Assembly (NCBI GenBank): GCA_963514005.1
Contig: OY740781.1
Coordinates: forward strand, 23,560,001-23,624,000
Origin: Raja brachyura
Lineage: Eukaryota
Length of the DNA stretch: 64,000 nucleotides
Direction of reading: 5' to 3'
The translations under genes and the position numbers were made by a program. Below are positions 21,980 to 34,348 of the stretch, in pieces. The notes under the pieces are model-generated. The model made no database searches. It was not told where the DNA came from and was given only the letters and a program-made list of their open reading frames with translations. Numbering within the stretch: position 1 is the stretch's first letter; every line of letters starts with the position of its first letter.

Positions 21980-22510
21980 TAAGGTGAAAGTTAATAGACC
22001 TTAAACAGCATTGATGTGTAGAGGGATATTCAGACCCAAGTTGATAGCTTCTTGAAAATGGGAACACAAATGGAATGGTAAAGGAGGTTTATGGTATGCT
22101 TGTTATTATTGGTCGGGCATTGAGTATAAGTGGCATGAAGTAATGAATCAGACTTTGGTTTATAGGCAAGGTACAGAATATAGGAACAACAACTTATAAA
22201 TGTTGGTTTGGCCACAGCTGAAGTACTGCATGTTGCTCTGATCACGACACTAGAGGTAAGACCTGATTGCACTGAAGAGTGCAGAGAGGATTCACCAGAA
22301 TGTTGCCTGGAATGGAGCATTTCACTTAAAGGCTGGGTTTGTTTTCTTCAAGGCAGAGATGCCTGACGATGACTTGGTAAAGGTGTAGAGAATTATGGGA
22401 GCATTGGCAAGGTAGAAAGTAGGATTTGTTTCTTATAACAAAGGTGTACAAAAACAGAAGACTAAGGTATTGAGTAATGTGGAAAAGGTTTAGAGGTGAT
22501 CTGAGGAAGG
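21980..22510 (+). mobile_element. Old decayed CR1 fragment
   Basis: Degenerate gagtgcagagaggattcaccagaatgttgcctgg and tttagaggtgatctgaggaag motifs. Confidence 0.65.
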
Positions 22511-22736
22511 TCTAAGGAATATTTCCAGAGACCCTGGTTCGAACCTGACTCCAGAGTTTGTACATTCTTACCATGGCCGCGTGGTTTTCTGCGAGATCTT
22601 CAGTTTCCTCCCATACTCCAAAGTAGGTAAATTGGCTTGGTGTATATGTGAATTGTCCTTGGTGTGTGTAGGATAGTGTTAATGTGCGGGAATCGCTGGT
22701 CGGTGGGACGAAATGCCTGTTTTCGCACTGTATCTC

Positions 22737-23653
22737 TAAACAAGTTGACCTTCTTTGGTGAGCATGTTGCAGATGACAAGCAGCAGTTTTTCAATAGCTT
22801 GGTAAAGGAAATATTTGTTCCAATTTTAGAACAGATAATGTTATATAACATTGATGCTTAAGTACAAAGGATCATGACTATGCAGTTAAGGATGCCAAAC
22901 ATTTGTGTTAAAATATGTTCAAATGAGAAAAGAAAATGTACGCTTGAATTGTAAGAAATACAAATCTCAGAAGTAAAATTATAGATGAGGAGAGTGCAGA
23001 ATCAATTAAAACAGGCATTTGATTAGATAAATAGGTGAAAATACAATGTACAAGAGCACCACCCAGTGGAAATTAATTGTGGTAATCCCTAAATAAAAAT
23101 CTTAAATGTGTCATACAGCACAGAGACAGGCCCTTCAGCCCAAATTGCCTTTTCTGACCAAGCTGCCCCATTTTTATTGGTCCCACTTGTCCGTGTTTAA
23201 CCTGTATCCCTCTAAACCCTTCCTGTCTATGTACTTGTTTAATGTTGTTAGAGTATCGAATTGATGAAAACAAATATTTTATTTTTATTGTAACGATTCC
23301 TTTGTGTTTGTGTGCCTGAAATTATTTTCCCAGCTTTGCCTAATATCCTACTCTTTCTTTTATGTGTGCCATGACAATGATTATTGGTATCTATTTAAAG
23401 GTGAGGACATCCCATTCTACCATCTGACATCCATGGTTCCACCAGGTGTTGCTGGACAACGGTGGGTGGGATTGCCTCTTCTTTCAGCCTCTCAGGATAC
23501 TCGGGATGAATTTCTATCCCTACTGTCACACAAATTGAAGTAAGCTAACGCTGAAGATGGACACAAAATGCTGGAGCGAAATCAATGCAAGATCAATGGT
23601 TGGACTTGGAACCAGTTTTTTGCAGATGCAACATCCCACCAACTCCTGATTAA
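22737..23653 (-). pseudogene. Diverged duplicate of the TMED11 5' region lacking exon 1
   Basis: Collinear homology to 16274-16575, 17065-17216, 18108-18167, 19608-19770 and 19891-19911. Confidence 0.8.
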
Positions 23654-23849
23654 ACTTGGCAATTTTTTTTTTGCAGGTTCCAGTGGTGGGCACTTATTTG
23701 AATGTAATGACCTTGATACAGGACACTTAGAAAACCAACATAAATTTAGAACATAGAGGCAATTGTACATTAGATTAATTATTTTCTATAAACTCAGTTA
23801 TGGAGTCTGCAAGAAGATACAACGGAGACTCATCAGCCATAAACACCTT

Positions 23850-25630
23850 GAATAGTAGAATAGATCTCAGACTGCTGATCATAGACTACAGATCAGCATT
23901 CAACACAATCATCCCCTCTAAACCAGGGAACTGGGTCTTCGTGCATTCCTTTGTAGATGGATCCTCAACTTTCTCATCAACAGAACATAATTGGTACAAA
24001 GTAGCAACAACACTTCCTCCTCAACAACCATAATAGGGGCACCTCAAGGTTCAGCCCCCTGCTCTTCCTTTATACTTATGACTGTGTAGCCCGACAAGGT
24101 TACAACCCCATTTATAAATTGCCGAAGATACCATAATTGTTGGACATACTATAGATAATGATAAGTCAGAGTATAGGAAGGAGATCAATCTTCTGATAGA
24201 ATGATGCCAGAAAATCAACCTTGATCGCAACAGCAGTAAAACAAACTGATTGTTAACTTTAGAAGAGGAAGGCTGAGAATCCACAAACCTTAGAATTAAG
24301 AAAATTATTAGAATTAAGGGACAGAAATTTAGGGGTAACATGAGGGGGAACTTCTTTACTCAGAGAGTGGTAGCGGTGTGAAATGAGCTTCCAGTGGAAG
24401 TGGTGGCGGCAGGTTTGTTGGTATCATTTAAAAATAAATTGGATAGGCATATGGATGAGAAGGGTATGGAGGGTTATGGTATTAGTGCAGGCAGGTGGGA
24501 CTAAGGGAAAAAAGTTGTTCGGCACGGACTTGAAGGGCCGAGATGGCCTGTTTCCGTGCTGTAATTGTTATATGGTTATATGGTTAAACCTGTCTTAGTT
24601 GGAGGTGGAGGAGAAGGTCAACAACTTCAAATTGCTGGGAATGTATATCTTTGAAGATCTGTCCTGGACCCAGCGCATCAATGCAATCATAAGGAAAGCC
24701 CATCAATGCCTCTACTTCCTTAGAAGATTGAGGCAATTTGGTATGTTGAATACTCTCTTGATGTTCCACAGAGGTCCAGTTGAGAACGTACTGACCGGTT
24801 GCAACACGGTCTGGTCCAGGAATGAACGAGATTGTAAGAAGTGGTGAATGCTGCCCAGTCCAGCATTGGAACTGAGCTCTCCACCATTAAAGGGATCGAC
24901 AGGAAGCGTTGTCGCAAAAAGACAACCATAATCATGAACGGAGCAGCAAATCATACACCAGCAACACCACTCTGGCTATGCTCTCATTTCACCCCTGCCA
25001 TTGGGAAGAAGGTAAAGGAGTCTGAAAACCGTGACGTCCAGGTTCAGGAACTGCATTTTCCCAACAACCATCAGGCTATTAAACGCTATGAACTCCAACC
25101 AAATTCAGAACTAAAAACTGCCTTTATTGCACCAGACACAATTTTGCACTATATTGAGTTTTTTTCACTTATTGAACTTTTTATTTATATAATATGCTAT
25201 CTATTGTGTTCTGTGTTTACCTGTTGTGCCGCTGCAAGTACGAATTTCATTTTTTCCCGTTCCAGTACATATGACCAAGGAACACACTTGATAAAACACA
25301 CTCTTAAAAACCTCTACAGTTGCACTATAGAAAGTATACTGTCAGGTTGCATCACAGCTTGATTTGGGAACAGTTCTGTCCAAGACAGCAAGAAATTGCA
25401 GAGTTGTGGTTGTAGCTCAGTCCATTACATGGACTAGTCTTCCCACTATTGATTCCATCTACACGTCACACTGTCTTGCGATTGAATTCATCTGCACTTC
25501 ACACTGCCATAGAAAGAGCCAACAGAGTCAAAGATTTGTTCACCCCAATCATTCCTTCTCCCTGCTCCTATCTGGCAGAAGATTCAGGAGCTTGAAAGCA
25601 CGCACCACCAAACCCATGAACAGCTTCTTC
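23850..25630 (+). mobile_element. Decayed Rex1/Babar-type LINE fragments with nested CR1 3' end (about 24305-24585)
   Basis: RLLIIDYRSAFNTIIPSK; VNNFKLLGMYIFEDLSWT...KAHQCLYFLRRLRQFG; LYSCTIESILSGCITA; nested CR1 nearly identical to 14077-14350. Confidence 0.82.
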
Positions 25631-25967
25631 GGAAGATAGACACAAAGAGGTGGAGTGATTCAGTGGGGCAAGCAGCATCTCTGGCGAGAGGGAATGGGTG
25701 ATGTTTCGGGTCGAGACACTTCTTTAGACAGCTTTTTCCCCTCTAGGGTATTGTCTGATTTTCCTCTACCTCATTGAGGATATAGCAATATGATGTGTTA
25801 AAATGTTGAGAACTATATTCTACACTCTTCCTCTCACTTTTCTTTTGTTCCATCTATTGTAATTGAGTTTGGCCTGTATATATTGTATTTGTATTTATAT
25901 ATTGTAGATCTGATCTGTTTGGATAGCATGCAAAACAAAGCTTTTCACTTTACCTTAGTACACGTGA

Positions 25968-26954
25968 TAGCAATGTTACAAAATTTTGAGATTTTAAAAA
26001 TCAAGTCTGCAATGTATCCCATCAGATAAAGCATAAAAAGAAGTTTAATTTGACACCTAATTCACTTTCATATCTTCAGTATTAAGAACGTTATGACCAT
26101 TTTCATACTCGGAAATTAGCATCTTGTTCCCCATTGCCTTGACTTAACTCAAAAGCTGTGATCTAGAACAGTTAAAAGCCCATAACTTTCTTAAAAATTA
26201 AGAGAATTAAATTTTCAGTTATTATAGATTGAAGCATTCTGAAACAAATATGAAACAATCTTACTTGGAAGACCTGAAATTAAAGCATATAATTAGTTAT
26301 CCAATTGTAGCAAATTACAAAATTCAATGAGTAGATCTAAACATCTATCCATTTCTTAAGAAAAGATAAACTTTCAAACAATAATCCACAATAACATAAT
26401 TTTTAAATCTCATTTTCATGAATTTCTAGGCCAAATTGAAGGAATTTAGTGTTTAATGCCTGTAAATTAATGGCCATTTAAATCAACTAGCGAGTGGGTT
26501 TTAGTGGAATGCGGTGGATTGGAACGTTGCGGTTTGCAGTGAAGTTGGGAGGAAAAATACTGTTGGTTCATACATTTTTTTTGGACCCCATTTCGCTACA
26601 TGAAAATGTGATTAAAGCCTCCCTAAAAAACAACTTTTAATATAAAAATAAACTGTGTACCTTTTTTTCTCCCCTACACAAAACCCTTCCCGTTGTCGGC
26701 GCTCACGGCTTTTGAAGGTGATTTTTAAATTACTCTAGTTAATAAATAATCTAGCATAATTTAAAAATACCTTCATGAATGAAATGTCGGAGCGATTTTA
26801 CTTCCGCAACAAAATCGCTCGACATGGATCGATTTTCCCAGTCTGCAGAAAAACGGCACTTTAAACATGCCCCCCTCTGAAAGGCGCCAAAGTCACGCAC
26901 ACGGGGAGCGGCAGAACTGCAGCGCTGCTCAAGGTAAGTTTTGTAACATACCTA
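25968..26954. mobile_element. Non-autonomous DNA transposon (hAT-like), 987 bp
   Basis: Imperfect 16-bp TIRs tagcaatgttacaaaa / ttttgtaacataccta; direct repeat cacgtga at 25961-25967 and 26955-26961 (8 bp if the preceding a is counted). Confidence 0.78.
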
Positions 26955-27199
26955 CACGTGACAACAATCTAATTTTTGTTAAACAGCAGAACAGAAATAA
27001 GGTGCCAATGATCTTCTACTTCTGTTTCTTGTTTTAGTGAAATGAAGAAGTCATCCAGCAACATTTTTACAAAAGATCACCAGGAAATACAGCTCCAGAC
27101 CTAATTTACTTGCATGATGTGCTTGACAATCTATCGTGTACTGTACGTTACCTTTGGAATTTGGTTCCATTCATGTTAATAAATCCAAAATGTGGACCT

Positions 27200-27434
27200 T
27201 TAGCTTAGTTTAAAGATATGGTGCGAAAACAGCTTCTTCGGCCCGCTGGGTCCATGCCAACCAGCGATCCCCGCACACCTACACTATCTTACGCACACTA
27301 GGGACAATTTTTACAATTATGCCTATAAACCTGTACATCATTGGAATGTGGGAGGAAGCCTGAGATTCCTGAGAAAACCCACACAGGTCGCAGGGGGATC
27401 TGTCACCAACTCTACCGCTGCGCCACAGTGCTGC
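27200..27434 (-). mobile_element. tRNA-derived SINE, internally deleted
   Basis: Homologous to 19296-19606. Confidence 0.75.
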
Positions 27435-28127
27435 ACTAGTTAGTTTCACCACTAGGCCTGAAGGTTCCTCAAAGACTGATGGTGCAGGGCTGTGACGCAT
27501 ATGTAAAAGTAATCAAAGATTGATGCAAGCTTAGTTCTGACTTTTAATTTTTTTAATTATTCAGAACATGTGTTTCTTGCCCCCAACATTTAGAACAAGC
27601 AGTCAGAACATTTCTTAAACAAGTATAAAAGATGCAGTTTAGGCAACGATAGAATTAAATACAACAATGTACAAGCAATCAAGTATATACAAATACATGT
27701 TCATTGGAAATAAAGTGGGAAATTAGATAACAATAAACTTAGCAACTTTTGAAAGCATAGATTGTGGCACAAAAGCAGAGGATATTAGAATTTGTAGCTA
27801 TGCATGTTCTAGTAGTCCTTTCAGTATAATAAAAATAATAATAATAATGCACATTGCTAGAATTCAAAATTAAGAACCCTCAAGTGCAAGTGCAAATTGA
27901 TTTTGTGCATCCCATTTCACAAAATACATACATCAGAGCACAATACAGCTCATTAATGCATTTTAAGAGGAAATCAGCTGAACATAGTCATACAGCACAG
28001 AATCAAGTCCTTCAGCCCAACTTGTCCATGCTGCCCCAGATAGCCATTAAATCTAGTTTGCGTGTGAATCATATCACCATGAACTTTCCCTATCCAATGT
28101 ATCTGTCCAAATGTCCCTTAAACATTG

Positions 28128-28434
28128 TTTAGTTTTAATTTAGTTTAGAGATATGACGCGGAAACAGGCCTTTTGACCCACCGAGTCCGCGCCCGACCAG
28201 CGATCCTTGCAAACTAACGCTATCCTACACACACGGGAAAATTTAAACTTACACCGAGCCAATTAACCTACGAACCTGTACGTCTTTGGAGCGTAGGGGG
28301 AAACTGGAGCTTCCCAGAGGAAACCCACGCAGTCAGACGGAGAATGTACAAACTCCATACACACAAGGATCCATAGTCAGATCAAGCACAGTTCCCTGGT
28401 GCTGTAAGGTAGCAATTCTACCACTGTGCCACCA
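28128..28434 (-). mobile_element. tRNA-derived SINE inserted in a CR1 3' fragment (about 27985-29070, minus strand)
   Basis: (tttag)n tail and conserved core; host CR1 sequence resumes at about 28478. Confidence 0.8.
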
Positions 28435-31400
28435 ACTTTCTGGAAATCGATTGTAGATTAGATAACAATATGTACATATTGTTATTGTACCTCAACTACT
28501 TCATCTGGCAGATCTTTCCATATATCCACCAGACTATGTAAATATTTGTCCTTTTGGTTCCTATTAAATTTTTCCCCTCCCAGCTTAAACTAATGTCCTC
28601 TATTTCATAATTACCCTACCCTAGGAAAAACTGCATTTACCTTATCTATGTTTAAGAAGGAACTGCAGATGCTGGAAAATCGAAGGTAGACAAAAATGCT
28701 GGAGAAACTCAGCTGGTGAGGCAGCATCTATGGAGCGAAGGAAATAGGCAACGTTTCGGGCCGAAACCCTTCTTCAGAATGTCTACCTGTTTACCTTATC
28801 TATGTCTCTCATGATTTTATGCACCTTTGTAAAATCACCCTTCACTCCAAGGAAGAATTTCACAACCTGCCCAATCTCTACCTCTGGCTCAAGCTCTCGA
28901 GTCCTGGCAAAATCCTTATTAATTTTATCTGACCCTATCCAACTTAATGGTATCTCTGCTACATCAGAGCAACCAAAACTGAACACCAATACTCCAAGTG
29001 TGTCCTCACTAATGTCTTGTACAACTGCAACACAACATCCCATTTTCTATACTCACGGCCCACCGATGAAAGGCAATGTTAAATGTTTTTCCTTCCACAG
29101 ATGCTGCCTCATCTGCCGAGTGTTTCAAACATTCTTTTTATTTCAGATTTCCAGTATCTGCAGGTTTTTATTTTTTTTCGCTCTGCATATAATGCACATG
29201 TATTCCACTTGTATAAATGACCAGTGATCTATCCTACCAGCAGTTGCGAGTAAGCAACAAGTTCTCTTCTCAACAAATAAAATAAAATTCCCTTATACCT
29301 CATTATTTCACACTGCCTAATTTCCTTGGGATACTTTTTCGAAGTGGGACTTCAATGAATATACCAATTTTCCATCATGTTCTTGGTAGCAGGAATCACA
29401 AGGGATGTGGTAAAAGTTTTCAAAAACGGAGCTACTTCACTAATGTCATTTAGAAACAAAAATATGCCGTCCTGTCCCAGTTTGCCCAACATTGGGGTCC
29501 AGTCACACAATCATGTGGACATCTGAAAATCCCCAGAAGTGTCTTCGCATGTCAGCAACAGAGGTAATAATTGGGGCCCTATCGATTTATTGGCCAACAA
29601 AAAACCTGGAGAAGCCTAGCGATGGTATCCCAACTAATTATATTCTATGGAGACACACGAGACTGCAGATGCTGGAATCGTGAGCTAAGCATTGTGCTGG
29701 ATTAACTCAATGGTTCAGACAGCATCTATGGAAGGATCAGATAGGTGGAGTTTCAGGTATGGATCTTTGAGTTACTCCAGCACTTTGCTTTCTTTTATTC
29801 AATGATTGTTCAATAAAGCTGCAAATATTCTGGGTGACTCTTCGACAGATTTTCTTTCCCTTTTAGTGCAAAGCCATCACTGCTACTTTTGATACTAGCC
29901 CACAAACAATGCATTATAAACCAATGATTTTAATTCAAGTTTCTTAAGAAATAACTTCAAATCCAATCACTATCATTGCACTTCAAAGTGTCCATTCAAC
30001 ATATCACTCAAATCTATACATTTTAATCATTAGTTAATTGGTAAATTCCAGAGATCATTTTTGGTTTGAGTGACCGAGTCATTGATTATAGAAATACTTA
30101 AATTGTTCATGTGTCAAGAACACATTTTTATATATCTTGTTATATAGATATTGTTTTTTCTGGCTTCGGATTTTAATTCATTCTCTGAAATGTTTGAAGC
30201 TGAAGCAATTGTAATTACCAATGCAATCAATTTCAAATCCATATTCCAACTTTTGGTTGAAATTTGTAACTTTGGTTAATCTAATGCAAGGTTTGAAATG
30301 AATACTAGTGCAACGATTCAGGAGGCAAAGTCTCCACAAGCCAAAGAATGAAAAACCCAAAACGTCACATATTCCTTTTCTCCAGGGATGCTGGCTGACC
30401 CGCTGAGTTACTCCAGCTTTTTGTGTCTACCTTCTAATGAAAAACAAGATTTAAACATTGCATTAAGATACAGGAATCTCCTTAACTTGCAACAAAGATA
30501 TTTACAAAGAGAAAAGCTGGGTTGAAACAGCCCTTTAATTCAAGCACCATATTGATTTTTGTAAAATTTTGGTTGGACATCTAGGCAAAAGATAGAACTG
30601 GGTAAAGGGAAACTGCAATTTGTTGAAAAGTGCTTGTCGGTAATGCATTCTCAGGGGGAAGTTGTGCATGTGAATAATGTAATCACTCTTCATGACTAAT
30701 CAGGGAACTGTTATTTGTTAATGCTCAAGGTCTCCACATAGTATGTTGTTTGCCTAAGAAAAGTGATTGCAATCTCTTTAAGACCCACTCACTCATCCGG
30801 TAAATTTATGGAGCAGTGTGACTCTTAAATAAGAACACATGGGCATAAGGCAAATTAACATTCCTGTTTTCAAATCAATTCCTTTGGTTATTATCTTAGA
30901 ACTGTTAACTAGCTACTGCACACAGTACTGCCAGGTAATTAAATTCAGATTGTAAAATGAACATTATTAAACAGTCAGTCGTCGATCACCTTGTATAAAT
31001 ACCATCACAGAGGAAGGCATTCATATATTGCCATCAACACCATAAAGCAGCATAGAACCCAGAAGTTCCTGTAAATTAAAATGGTGCACAGTATAAATAA
31101 TGCAAGATCTGGTAGTGACTTCCAAGCTGCAGTCTAATCTATGAGTTTGCTCATGAGATTTGTTTACCGCTGTGTATCCATGACTACTGTTTTGAATCAT
31201 GGCTTGCACTAATTACTGATGATAAACAAGGTGGAGAGAAACTTAATTTTTCATTTCGTAGACGACAAAACCTGGCAGAATAAAAATAGGGTTAGTGTGG
31301 AAAAACTGTCAATGCAGATGGCATTTAAAACCTGGAATTACTAACAATTATCTGAAATCACTGGTATTGTATGGTGATCCAATCTTTCACAAGATTCAGC

Positions 31401-31455
31401 CCTTAAAATCCAATAAAAGGTTGACGATATACACTGCCACCACTCGGTGGTGCTG

Positions 31456-31634
31456 TTACACACAGTTGTGCAGAACACATTGCTCCTCTTCCTCCAGCAC
31501 TGGGCATGGGGTACCACTGTTGGCTGGTTTCAACCTGATGTAACGGGTACGATGCTTAATACCCATCTCTGTGCACTTCCCCACGCACAAGCCCCAGGAG
31601 GACCAGTTGGAAACTTCACAATCCAGTGGGGTCT
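31456..31634 (-). CDS. SPON2: Spondin-2 last coding exon (thrombospondin type-1 repeat)
   Basis: cattacag|AG ACC...GTG TAA; 179 bp, phase 1; [21 protein letters not shown]...[31 protein letters not shown]. Confidence 0.97.
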
Positions 31635-31953
31635 CTGTAATGAACACAGAAATCAGTTACAATTATTTTTTCTATGGTTCAGTAATGTAAAAGCATGAAC
31701 AATTAATGCAAGCTTTCTGTGAATCCTAACCATTACGCCGTTATATAGTTTAGAGGTACAGCGTGGAAACAGGCCCTTCGGCCCACCAAATCCACACTGA
31801 CCATCGATCGCCCATACGCTAGTTCTACGTTATCCCACTTTTGTATCCAACACACTAAGGGTAATTTACAGTGCTTAATTTATCTACAAACCTGCACATC
31901 TTTGGAATCTGGGAGGAAATTGGAGCACCCGGAGAAAACCCAAAAGGTCACAT

Positions 31954-33374
31954 AGAGAGGCGGGGGAGAGAAAACAGGGAATTATAGACCAGTTAGCCTG
32001 ACATTGGTGGTGGGGAAGATGCTAGAGTCAATTATAAAAGATGAGATAGCCGCACATTTTTATAGCAGCAACAGGATTGGTCCGATTCTGCATGGATTTA
32101 CGAAGGGGATATCATGCTTGACTAATCTTCTGGAATTTTTTGAAGATGTAACTAGGAAAATGGACCAGGGAGAGCCAGTGGATGTAGTGTACCTGGACTT
32201 TCAGAAAGCATTTGATAAGGTCCCACATCGGAGATTAGTGGGCATAATTAGGGCACATGGTATTGGGGGTAGAGGGGGGGGGGGGGAACCATGGATAGAG
32301 AAGTGGTTGGCAGACAGGAAACAAAGAGTAGGGATTAACGGGTCCCTTTCAGAATGGCAGGCAGTGACTAGTGGGGTACCGCAAGGCTCGGTGCTGGGAC
32401 CGCAGCCATTTACAATATACATCAATGATTTGGATGAAGGGATTCAAAGTAACATTAGCAAATTTGCAGATGACACAAAGCTGGGTGCCAGTGTGAATTG
32501 GGAGGAGGATGCTATGAGAATGCAGGGTGACTTGGACAGGTTGGGGGAGCGGGCAGATGCATAGCAGATGACGTTTCATGCGGATAAATGTGAGGTTATC
32601 CACTTTGGTAGCAAAAACAGGAAGGCAGATTACTATCTAAATGGCGTCAAGTTGGGAAAAGGGGAAGTACAACGGGATCTGGGGGTCCTTGTTCATCAGT
32701 CTATGAAAGTAAGCATGCAGGTACAGCAGGCTGTGAAGAAAGCGAATGGCATGTTGGCCTCTATAACAAGAGGAATCGAATATAGGAGCAAAGAGGTCCT
32801 TCTGCAGTTGTACAGAGCCCTAGTGAGACCACACCTGGAATATTGTGTGCAGTTTTGGTCCCCTAATTTGAGGAAGGACATTCTTGCTATTGAGGGAGTG
32901 CAACGTAGGTTTACAAGGTTAATTCCCGGGATGGCGGGACGGTCATATGCTGAGAGAATGGAGCAGCTGGGCTTGTACACTCTGGAGTTTAGAAGGATGA
33001 GAGGTTATCTCATTGAAACATATAAGATTGTTAAGGGTTTGGACACGCTAGAGGCAGGAAACATGTTCCCGATGTTGGGGGAGTCCAGAACCAGGGGCCA
33101 CAGTTTAAGAATAAGGAGTAAGCCATTTAGAACGGAGACGAGGAAACACTTTTTCTCACAGGGAGTTGTGAGTCTGTGGAATTCTCTGCCTCAGAGGGTG
33201 GTGGAGGCAGGTTCTCTGGATGCTTTCAAGAGAGCAAGATAGGACTTAAAAATAGCGGAGTCAGGGGATATGGGGAGAAGGCAGGAACTGATTGGGGATG
33301 ATCAGCCATGATCACATTGAATGGTGGTGCTGGCTCGAAGGGCCGAATGGCCTACTCCTGCACCTATTGTCTAT
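31954..33374 (+). mobile_element. CR1 RT region and 3' UTR, truncating a SINE (31748-31953, minus strand)
   Basis: YLDFQKAFDKVPH, GVPQGSVLGP, KFADDTK, RPHLEYCVQFW; one internal stop. Confidence 0.95.
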
Positions 33375-33661
33375 GACTGGAAACTGAAACCGCAGTTAAA
33401 GCTTAAATAAATCCTAGAACGATGTAGCCCAAGAGGAAGTCATCCGGCCCTCTTTGCTTGTGTCAGCCCTTTGAATGAAGCCTCCTAATTATTCACTCTC
33501 TGGGTGTATAATCTAGCTGGATGTGAATAATATAGCCGATGATAGACATGGACAAATAAAATTTGCAATGAGTGCTGGAGCCAATCCCTAACACGCAGAT
33601 AACAGATCAGTAGATAATTATTTCCTACTTATATTTGCATTAAGAGCAATTTATAACCTAC

Positions 33662-33839
33662 CCGAGACAGAATCATCTATTTCATTTCCCATGGGCAAAA
33701 GGTTGGACTGAACTGTTGAAATGCCAATTAACTGGCTATCCTTCAGCCTCGTCAGTGTTACTCTTGCAATTGCAGGCAGTTGCTTCAGTCTGGGATAGAA
33801 GAAAGAGTTTGCAGGGTGCCTTGGTGAACTCGACGTTAT
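33662..33839 (-). CDS. SPON2: Spondin-2 coding exon 4
   Basis: catttag|ATA...TCG G|gtaggt; 178 bp, phase 0/1; ITSSSPRHPANSFFYPRLKQLPAIARVTLTRL...GNEIDDSVS. Absent from the ORF track; translated manually. Confidence 0.95.
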
Positions 33840-34348
33840 CTAAATGATGGAAACACATTCAACAAGTACGTAGAGATATTGGCAATAATACATCTGTCAC
33901 TCAATCACTAAAATGTTGACACACATACATAGGGGGCAAGTAATGTACAAAATATTTCTGAAATCATGGAGATTTATTTAAATTATATCATTTTGACATG
34001 TTCATGTGTAAAAGTATAAAGAAACATTGGATGTCAGCTAATAGATGTCAAATAATAGATCATTCATTTCTAATATATACATTTGAAAACATGATCCTGA
34101 ATCAACTCATTAATAAACAAATTAGTGTTAAGACAGAATTGTGCTATATTCTGATATAAATGGACAATTACAAGATAGTAAGTGTGAAACAAAAGCAAGA
34201 CAGTCAACATGGAAACAGGCATTTCGGCCACCTTGCTCATGCTGACCAAGATGCCCCATCTACTTGTCCACCTACCCACGTTTGGCCTATATTCCTCTGA
34301 ATCTTTCCTATCCATGTACCTGTCCAAATATCTTGTAAATGTTGTTAA

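Noticed and set aside
27500-31455. SPON2 polyadenylation site
   Set aside because: Several ATTAAA/AATAAA candidates on the minus strand; none can be singled out without transcript data.
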